DNA from: Candidatus Krumholzibacteriia bacterium
Lineage (GTDB): Bacteria; Krumholzibacteriota; Krumholzibacteriia; LZORAL124-64-63
DNA length: 64,000 nucleotides
NCBI GenBank assembly: GCA_046484865.1
Contig: JAWOID010000063.1
Coordinates: forward strand, 32,001-96,000
Direction: 5' to 3'
The notes beneath the pieces are model-generated. The model made no database searches. It saw nothing but the letters and a program-made list of their open reading frames with translations, and was not told the origin of the DNA. Positions 57,698 through 64,000 of this stretch are shown here, piece by piece. Position 1 is the stretch's first letter. Every line of letters begins with the position of its first letter. A program made the translations under genes and the position numbers.

Positions 57698-60004
57698 TCA
57701 CGCCGTTCGCACCGTGGCACCGCCCCGCAGCGGCGCGGTTTCCTGCGCCGGCAGGTCCACCTCGTCCTTCACCGACCAGCCGGTCTTCAGGCCGAGGACG
57801 AACCAGGCCAGAGCCAGCGTGCCGATGGCGAAGATCGAGTCGCCGATCACACGCATCCAGCGCAAGGTATTCAGCCAGTCCTGCTGCAGGAACTCGGCCG
57901 AACGGGCGTACCAGAGCCCGTGCTCGTGGCTGGCCAGGGTCTGGGCAAGCCCCACCGGCAGCACGCTGAGCAGCACCATGGCCGCCAGGCCGATGTTGAT
58001 GGACCAGAACGCGAACCGGATGACGCCGTCCTTCCAGACCTTGCGCGCGGCCAGACCTTTCAGCACGAACAGCATCAACCCGATGCCCAGCATGCCGTAC
58101 ACGCCGAACAGCGCCGTGTGTCCGTGCACCGGCGTGGTGTTCAGGCCCTGCATGTAATAGAGAGCGATGGGCGGGTTGATGAGGAAGCCGAAGATTCCCG
58201 CGCCCACCAGGTTCCAGAACGCCACCGCCACGAAGCAGTAGATGGGCCACTTGTACGCCTTGATCCAGGGGGTGGCCCGGCTGAGGGTCAGATTGTGGTA
58301 GGCCTCGAAGCCGAGCAGCACCAGCGGCACCACCTCGAGGGCGCTGAAGGTGGCGCCCAGGGCCAGCACCGCCGTCGGGGTGCCGGTGAAGTAGAGGTGA
58401 TGGAAGGTGCCGATGATCCCACCGGCGAGGAACACGTTGGTGGCGAAGAGGGCCGCCGCCGTGGCCAGGTGGACGCGCAGGAGCCCCAGGCGCACGAAGA
58501 GGAAGGCGATCACCACGGTGGCGAAGACTTCGAAGAAGCCCTCGACCCAGAGGTGGACCACCCACCAGCGCCAGTACTCGGCAATGGCGAGGTTGGTCTG
58601 CTGCCCCCACATCAGGCCCGCGCCGTAGAATCCGGCGATCGCTGCCGACGAGATCACGAACATGGCCAGCAACGGCCGGTTCTCGTCGCCGCGGCGCAGG
58701 GCCGGCAGCAGGGCGCGCACCATCAGGAACAGCCAGAGGAACAGTCCCACCAGCAACAGGATCTGCCACAGGCGGCCCAGGTCGACGTACTCGTAGCCCT
58801 GGTGGCCGAGCCAGAAGTTCTGGGTCAGGCCGAGCCGCTGCATGATGCCGAACCACTGCCCGGCGAGCGAGCCGCCCACCACGATCAGCAGCGCACCGAA
58901 AAGGACGTTCACGCCCAGGCGCTGGAAGCGTGGCTCGTGTCCCGACACCGCCGGCGCCACGAACAGGCCGGTGGCCAGCCACGAGGTGGCGATCCAGAAG
59001 ATGGCGAGCTGGACGTGCCAGGTGCGCGACAGGGAGTAGGGGAGGATGTTGCCGAGATCGATGCCGTAGAAGCCGCCGCCCTCCACGCTGTAGTGCGCTG
59101 TCACCGCACCCATGAACACCTGCACCACGATGAGCGCCACCACCACCCACATGTACTTGAGGGTGGCCTGCATCGACGGCGTGGGCCGCAGCCCCAGCAG
59201 CGGGTCGCGGTCGGGCATCATCGTCGGGTCCACTTCGTCCTCGCGGTGCGACGCGTAGTACCACGCCAGCAGGGCGATGCCCGCGATGAGCAGGATCACC
59301 GAGAACCCGGTCCAGAGCAGCAGGCTGGCGGTGGGCCGGTTGCCCACCAGGTCGTCCGCAGGCCAGTTGTTGGTGTAGGTGATGTCCTGGCCCGGCCGCT
59401 GGGTGACGCAGGCCCAGGCGGTCCAGAAGAAGAACGCCGTCAGGTCGTCGCGCCGCTCCGGCGTGCTGACGGTGCCCAGGCGCATGGCGTAGTCTTCGCG
59501 GAGATGGTCCAGGGCCGGGTCGTCGCCGAAGAGCGCGATGTAGTGCGCGGCCACCTCCGCGACGACCGCGGCCCTGTCGTCGCTCACCACGAGGTCGCCG
59601 CTGGCGGGGTCGTAGGTGTTCTCGCGCAGGTGGGCCTGCAGGCGAGCGGTCAGTCCGGCGCGCTGCTCCGGGTCCAGTTCGGTCGCCGGTCGGCCATGGT
59701 GCTCCAGCGACCAGCGCGTGAGCAGCGCGTCGGCTTCCCGGTGCAGCCAGTCGGCCGACCAGTCCGGCGCCAGATATGCGCCGTGGCCCCAGATCGAGCC
59801 CAGCTCGTGGCCGCCGGTGGACTGCCAGACGTTCTGTCCGTCCTTGATCTGCTTGCCGGTGAAGACCACGCGGCCGGATTCGGTCACCACCCGGTCGGGC
59901 ACCGGTGGCGCCGAGCGGTAGATCTCGCCGCCGTAGTAGCCGAGCACCGCGAACGAGCCGACGATGACGATCGCGAAGACGATCCAGAGCTTCTTGTAGT
60001 TCAT
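57698..60004 (-). CDS. norB: quinol-dependent nitric oxide reductase (qNor)
   Basis: GSIWGHGAYLAPDWSADWLHRE, RTWHVQ, WWVVHLWVEGFFE, GTFHHLY, HGHTAL; 768 aa single subunit. Confidence 0.96.
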   Translation of the reverse strand: MNYKKLWIVFAIVIVGSFAVLGYYGGEIYRSAPPVPDRVVTESGRVVFTGKQIKDGQNVWQSTGGHELGSIWGHGAYLAPDWSADWLHREADALLTRWSLEHHGRPATELDPEQRAGLTARLQAHLRENTYDPASGDLVVSDDRAAVVAEVAAHYIALFGDDPALDHLREDYAMRLGTVSTPERRDDLTAFFFWTAWACVTQRPGQDITYTNNWPADDLVGNRPTASLLLWTGFSVILLIAGIALLAWYYASHREDEVDPTMMPDRDPLLGLRPTPSMQATLKYMWVVVALIVVQVFMGAVTAHYSVEGGGFYGIDLGNILPYSLSRTWHVQLAIFWIATSWLATGLFVAPAVSGHEPRFQRLGVNVLFGALLIVVGGSLAGQWFGIMQRLGLTQNFWLGHQGYEYVDLGRLWQILLLVGLFLWLFLMVRALLPALRRGDENRPLLAMFVISSAAIAGFYGAGLMWGQQTNLAIAEYWRWWVVHLWVEGFFEVFATVVIAFLFVRLGLLRVHLATAAALFATNVFLAGGIIGTFHHLYFTGTPTAVLALGATFSALEVVPLVLLGFEAYHNLTLSRATPWIKAYKWPIYCFVAVAFWNLVGAGIFGFLINPPIALYYMQGLNTTPVHGHTALFGVYGMLGIGLMLFVLKGLAARKVWKDGVIRFAFWSINIGLAAMVLLSVLPVGLAQTLASHEHGLWYARSAEFLQQDWLNTLRWMRVIGDSIFAIGTLALAWFVLGLKTGWSVKDEVDLPAQETAPLRGGATVRTA

Positions 60005-60071
60005 CGTTCCCCCTTTCTGCCGCCGCCGGCCCGTGGCCGGGCAGGCCGCATCCTGCCAGTCCCCTCAAAAG

Positions 60072-60097
60072 CTCACCGCATGTCCAGATGCGCTGAG
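60072..60097. promoter_or_regulatory. 26-bp inverted repeat, candidate Rrf2 operator upstream of norB
   Basis: CTCACCGCAT-GTCCAG-ATGCGCTGAG; same geometry as the site at 60549. Confidence 0.5.
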
Positions 60098-60137
60098 CAG
60101 CCCAAAAAAAAGGCCGATCTCTGCGTTGCGGCGTCGA

Positions 60138-60539
60138 TCAGCGGCTCCCCAGGTCGGCCACCCGCCGGGACGAGACCAGGTCCTCGTAGGTCTGACGCAC
60201 CTTCATCCAGTCGTCGTGCATGACGCAGGGGTTCTGCGGGTCGCACTGCGGCCGTCCGAAGGCGCACTCGTCCCGGATCGTGCTGCCAGGTCCGTCGAAG
60301 ATCTCCACCACGTCCTTGATCGGCCGGCCGGGTGCGTCCGCGTGCAGCCGGAAGCCGCCGCCCCATCCCTTCTGCGACTCCACCAGTCCCGCCTTTCGCA
60401 ACTGGTTGAGGATCTTGGACAGGTAGTTGGCCGGTATGCCCGTCTGTTGCGCGATCTCCTCGCCGCGGACCATGGCACCAGGCCGGTCGGCCAGGTGACC
60501 GAGAACGTTCAGTGCGTAGCGTGCCGTCCGGCTGATCAT
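60138..60539 (-). CDS. Rrf2 family transcriptional regulator with three Cys (probable Fe-S)
   Basis: EIAQQTGIPANYLSKIL..L...GLV.SQKG.GGGF.L; CAFGRPQCDPQNPCVMH. Confidence 0.93.
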   Translation of the reverse strand: MISRTARYALNVLGHLADRPGAMVRGEEIAQQTGIPANYLSKILNQLRKAGLVESQKGWGGGFRLHADAPGRPIKDVVEIFDGPGSTIRDECAFGRPQCDPQNPCVMHDDWMKVRQTYEDLVSSRRVADLGSR

Positions 60540-60548
60540 ATTCAGGAC

Positions 60549-60574
60549 CTCAATGGATGATCTTATCTCTTGAG
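60549..60574. promoter_or_regulatory. 26-bp inverted repeat overlapping the -10, candidate Rrf2 autoregulatory operator
   Basis: CTCAATGGAT-GATCTT-ATCTCTTGAG. Confidence 0.55.
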
Positions 60575-60588
60575 TGCGAAAACGTCAA
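60560..60588 (-). promoter_or_regulatory. sigma70 promoter TTGACG-N17-TAAGAT for rrf2-norB
   Basis: Near-consensus hexamers with an exact 17-bp spacer, 20 bp upstream of the ATG. Confidence 0.7.
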
Positions 60589-60596
60589 CTCCCTTG

Positions 60597-60726
60597 TGCC
60601 AGGGGAAATGTGTCCAGCGGTTCGAGGCGCCGAGTGGCAGCATGATGGCTACCACCGGACGGACGAAGGATCAAATCCAGTGCCCGTGCAGGGGTGCTCG
60701 GAGCCCTGGACACATTTTCCCTGGCA
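60597..60726. mobile_element. MITE-like element: 130 bp bounded by 21-bp terminal inverted repeats
   Basis: TGCCAGGGGAAATGTGTCCAG at 60597-60617 versus CTGGACACATTTTCCCTGGCA at 60706-60726 (20/21 complementary); no target-site duplication seen. Confidence 0.55.
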
Positions 60727-60730
60727 GAAC

Positions 60731-61351
60731 CTAGGAGCCCCAGAGGTCGTTGGTATCGACTTTCCGGCCCATCAGCTTCAGATAGTAGAACAACTGCGCC
60801 TTGTGGGTGGCGAGATGCAACACCATGTGCAACAGGTGCCGGCCCAGCGGCATCTGTCGCTGATCCCAGGGTGCGGCGAAGGAATCGAAGGACAGGCGGT
60901 TCTCGCCGGCTTGCTCCAGCATGTCCAGTGCGATCGTGCGGTCCTCTGCCAGGGCGTCGCGGGCCTGCTGCACGCTGGCGACGGAGGGCATTCTCTCCGC
61001 GGGCGGAAGCCAGTCCTGGTCGCCACCGGCCCCGGTTGCAGCGGTGTCGCCGGTCGCACCGCCGGCCGCATCACCGGCCGCGCCGCCGGCGGCACCACCG
61101 GTCGCATCGCCCGTCGTCGTATCGCTCTCGGCAGCGCCCTCGGCGCCGGGCGTCCAGTCGCCCGTGACGAACCCGCGGAAACAGAAGCCGCAAGCGCTCG
61201 TCATGTGCATGAGGAGCTGGCCGAGGTTCATCCAGTTCTCGCCGCTGGCGGGTTTCCAGCCCAGCTCGTCGTCCTGCACCATGGACATGAGGCGATCGGA
61301 TGCCTGGTAGGTGTCCTCGATCTCTTCCTTCAGCAGTTCGGACCAGTTCAT
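60731..61351 (-). CDS. DinB/YfiT family protein
   Basis: WKP...NWM.LGQLL.H, H..HL.THK.QLFYYLKL.G..V.T..LW; GGAGGT RBS. Confidence 0.88.
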   Translation of the reverse strand: MNWSELLKEEIEDTYQASDRLMSMVQDDELGWKPASGENWMNLGQLLMHMTSACGFCFRGFVTGDWTPGAEGAAESDTTTGDATGGAAGGAAGDAAGGATGDTAATGAGGDQDWLPPAERMPSVASVQQARDALAEDRTIALDMLEQAGENRLSFDSFAAPWDQRQMPLGRHLLHMVLHLATHKAQLFYYLKLMGRKVDTNDLWGS

Positions 61352-61595
61352 GGCGTACCTCCATTGCGCGTCGGGTGCGGGGCCGATGATGCCCGGGAAC
61401 CTGGCCGACGGGTAGGCGAAAGTCAAGCGAATATCCTGGCGGGCGTCGCCGGCGGCGACCGGCGGGACATCGCGACGGCACCGGTTGTGGCAGCGGATTG
61501 AAACCCACCTTTCTTTTCTGGCGCGGGCCGAGGCCGCTGGCTATTTTCGTGACATTGACGACGGCGTAACTCCTTGATTTTCGAGAGGAAAATCA

Positions 61596-61877
61596 ATGTC
61601 AAGCGACACTTCTTCCAGGTGCCCCCACTGCGGTCAGACCTTGCTGCCCTGGCGCAGTCCCGACATGACCAGCTGGGGCGGCAACATCCAGCTCGTGTGC
61701 TTCAACGACGAGTGCCCCTACTTCCAGGAGGGGTGGGAGTGGATGTTGTCCCAGTACAACGTCAAGGCCTCGTACCGCCACCGCCTCGATCCGCAGACCG
61801 GCGAGTCGGGCCCGCTGGCGGTCTGGAACAAGAACGCGCTCAAGGACAAGATCATGGCGGGTGGACAGGACGGCTAG
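61596..61877 (+). CDS. small zinc-ribbon protein
   Basis: CPHC...CFNDECPY..GW...SYR...DP; GAGAGG RBS. Confidence 0.8.
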   Translation: MSSDTSSRCPHCGQTLLPWRSPDMTSWGGNIQLVCFNDECPYFQEGWEWMLSQYNVKASYRHRLDPQTGESGPLAVWNKNALKDKIMAGGQDG

Positions 61878-61925
61878 CCGGCCGTCCGTCCGCAGCCGCC
61901 ATGCACATCACGACGGGAGAATCCC

Positions 61926-62801
61926 ATGTCCGAAGCTTCCCGCCCTCGGGACATCTCCGCGCCCGGTGCAGCCGGCGATGATCGCGACGACGCCAGCCCG
62001 ATCGATCGCCTCAAGGAGAAGATCCTCTCCGACTACGAGCGCATGAGCCTCGACGACGGTTTCGCGTTCGGGTGCCACCCCGGCGTGCCCTGTTTCAACG
62101 AGTGCTGCGGCGACGTCAACATCTTCCTGACGCCGTACGACGTCCTGCGCATGAAGAACGCGCTGGGCATGGGCTCGGCGGAGTTCCTCGAGCGCTACAC
62201 CCAGATCCCGATCGAGCGCAATCAGGCGTTCCCGGTGGTGATGCTCAAGCTCGACGACGCCGCCGAGGGCAAGCCGTGCCAGCTCGTCGGCGACAGGGGC
62301 TGCTCCATCTACAACGACCGGCCCTGGCCCTGCCGGATGTACCCTCTGGGCCTGGCCAGTCCCAAGGACAAGGACGCCAAGGACTTCTACTTCCTCATGA
62401 AGGAAGACGTCTGCCGCGGCTTCGAGGAGAGCGGCCGCTGGACGGTCCGCGAATGGCTCGAGGACCAGGGCATCGGTCCCTACGACGAGTTCGGCCGGCT
62501 GTTCAAGGAGATCACGCTCCACGACTACTTCGGCACGGGTCGCAAGCTGACGCCGGAGCGGTTGGAACTGTTCTACATGGCCTGTTACGACCTGGACAGC
62601 TTCCGCCGGTTCGTCTTCCGCAGCACCTTCCTCAAGCGCTTCGATCTCGAACCGGATCTGATCGAGCGCATCCGGGACGACGACGAGGAACTGCTACGGT
62701 TCGCCTTCCGCTGGCTGAAACTGGCGCTCTTCGGCGAGCCCACGGTGAAGATCCGGCCCGACGCCATGCCGCCGGCGGCCATGGCGCCCAAGGACGCCTG
62801 A
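61926..62801 (+). CDS. YkgJ family cysteine-cluster (CxxCxxCC) protein
   Basis: FGCHPGVPCFNECC, LTPYD, C..V...GCSIY.DRP..CRMYP, W..DQG, MACYDLD.FR.F. Confidence 0.88.
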   Translation: MSEASRPRDISAPGAAGDDRDDASPIDRLKEKILSDYERMSLDDGFAFGCHPGVPCFNECCGDVNIFLTPYDVLRMKNALGMGSAEFLERYTQIPIERNQAFPVVMLKLDDAAEGKPCQLVGDRGCSIYNDRPWPCRMYPLGLASPKDKDAKDFYFLMKEDVCRGFEESGRWTVREWLEDQGIGPYDEFGRLFKEITLHDYFGTGRKLTPERLELFYMACYDLDSFRRFVFRSTFLKRFDLEPDLIERIRDDDEELLRFAFRWLKLALFGEPTVKIRPDAMPPAAMAPKDA

Positions 62802-62814
62802 GAACGGCCGCTCG

Positions 62815-63387
62815 ATGACCGACGGGATCCGCATACGCACGGCCAGGATGAACGACGTGCCCGCGCTGCTGCACTACGCGCACGCCATGTTCTCCGAGCG
62901 ACTGCCCACGCTCTTCGACGTCGATCCCCTGCCTGATCTGCGCGCCGAGGAAGCCTTCGTCCGGCCGTACGTGGAGCGGCCCGGGTGGGTACTGTTCCTG
63001 GCCCTCGAAGGCCGGCGTGTCGTCGGACTGCTGAGCTTCAAACGTCACGACCATCCGCAGCTCTGTCACGGCGGCGAACTGGGCATCTCGCTGCTCGACG
63101 GCTGGCGCGGGCGCGGCGTCGGCACGCGCCTGCTGCAGGCAGTCGAGGAATGGGCGCCGCGCCACCAACTGCGGCGTCTCGAGTTGCAGGTGTTCGAGAA
63201 CAACACCGGCGCCATCCGCCTCTACGAGCGGCTCGGCTACGAGCACGAAGGCCGGCGCCGGGGCGCCGTCAAGGTGCAGGGCCGCTATCTCGACATCCTG
63301 CTCATGGTGAAACGGATCGACCCGGTCGCGGCCCGCATGCAGCCGCGCAGCCGGCGTCGTCCTGCCGATCATCCGAAGAAGACGTAG
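62815..63387 (+). CDS. GNAT family N-acetyltransferase
   Basis: WRGRGVG acetyl-CoA motif; N..AIRLYERLGY..EG. Confidence 0.9.
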   Translation: MTDGIRIRTARMNDVPALLHYAHAMFSERLPTLFDVDPLPDLRAEEAFVRPYVERPGWVLFLALEGRRVVGLLSFKRHDHPQLCHGGELGISLLDGWRGRGVGTRLLQAVEEWAPRHQLRRLELQVFENNTGAIRLYERLGYEHEGRRRGAVKVQGRYLDILLMVKRIDPVAARMQPRSRRRPADHPKKT

Positions 63388-64000
63388 GCCACCAGGATGG
63401 CGGCGAGGACGCCGGCCGCATCGGCCGCCAGCCCGCAGGCCGCCGCGTAGCGCGTGCGGCGCACCCCGACGCTGCCGAAGTAGACCGCCAGGACGTAGAA
63501 CGTGGTCTCGGTCGATCCCTGCATGACGCTGACCAGGCGACCGGCGAAGCTGTCGGCTCCGTGGACGGTCATCGTCTCCACCATCATGCCGCGGGCGCCG
63601 CTGCCCGACAGCGGCTTCATGAGGGCGGTCGGCAGGCCGTCCACCCAGCGGGTGTCCACGCCGGCGGCGGCGGCGGCGGAGCGCACGCCTTCGAGCAGGA
63701 ACTCCAGGGCGCCGCTGGCACGGAAGACGCCGATGGCCACCAGCATCCCCACCAGGTAGGGGATGATGCGTACGGCGACCTTGAACCCGTCCTTGGCGCC
63801 CTCCACGAACGTCTCGTACACCGGGATCCTCTGGAGCAGGGCGGCCACCAGGAAGGCGGCGATCACCAGGAAGATGAGCAGGTTGGCCAGCAGCGCCGAG
63901 GTGGGGGCGACCTGCTCCTCGGGCATGCTCGCGAACCAGGCCACCAGGCCGCCCACCAGGGCCGTCAATCCGCCGAGGTACGCCAGGACCACCGGATCCC
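63369..64000 (-). CDS. SpmA/SpmB-like nucleoside-recognition membrane protein, C-terminal part; 5' end outside window
   Basis: YETFVEGAKDGF, MLVAIGVFRASG, KPLSGSGA, GSTETTFYVLAVYFG. Confidence 0.9.
   Translation of the reverse strand, partial: DPVVLAYLGGLTALVGGLVAWFASMPEEQVAPTSALLANLLIFLVIAAFLVAALLQRIPVYETFVEGAKDGFKVAVRIIPYLVGMLVAIGVFRASGALEFLLEGVRSAAAAAGVDTRWVDGLPTALMKPLSGSGARGMMVETMTVHGADSFAGRLVSVMQGSTETTFYVLAVYFGSVGVRRTRYAAACGLAADAAGVLAAILVAYVFFG

Noticed and set aside
61540..61575. Possible Rex-type operator (TTCGTGACATTGACGA) upstream of the Zn-ribbon gene
   Set aside because: Only one half-site resembles the consensus and the palindrome is poor.

Overview
This is a very GC-rich (roughly 70%) bacterial chromosomal window with about 54 supportable CDSs and no rRNA, tRNA, CRISPR array or transposase that I can recognise. 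A secreted protein ending in a PNPFNP...SGVYF...RKM C-terminal domain suggests an FCB-group lineage such as Krumholzibacteriota, Latescibacterota or Eisenbacteria (inference). The left half (1-29 kb) is a mix of envelope, redox and accessory genes: a sulfatase, beta-barrels, LemA, OsmC, a cytochrome c'-like protein, a peroxiredoxin, a stand-alone LigD phosphoesterase, a transglutaminase, a Ser/Thr kinase-TPR protein, and a nucleotidyltransferase/small-protein pair with its own promoter. The main feature is a ~24 kb locus (29.4-53.2 kb) of two converging operons. Together they encode two xanthine-dehydrogenase-family molybdoenzymes, MocA, SsnA, HyuA, YgeW and YgeY, which is the core of the anaerobic purine/urate degradation gene set. 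Recognisable YgfK and YgeX genes are absent. In their apparent place are a PreT/PreA-like pair with an altered substrate pocket and two other PLP fold-type-II enzymes, which suggests a variant pathway. The right end holds a nitric-oxide module: qNor, an Fe-S Rrf2 regulator with a candidate operator present twice, and DUF438 and DUF1858-like proteins. It also holds a MITE-like element and a Zn-finger/YkgJ pair of a kind I associate with dissimilatory sulfur metabolisers. Many proteins carry Ala/Gly-rich loop insertions generated by short tandem repeats. All assignments come from reading motifs by eye; no database searches were run.
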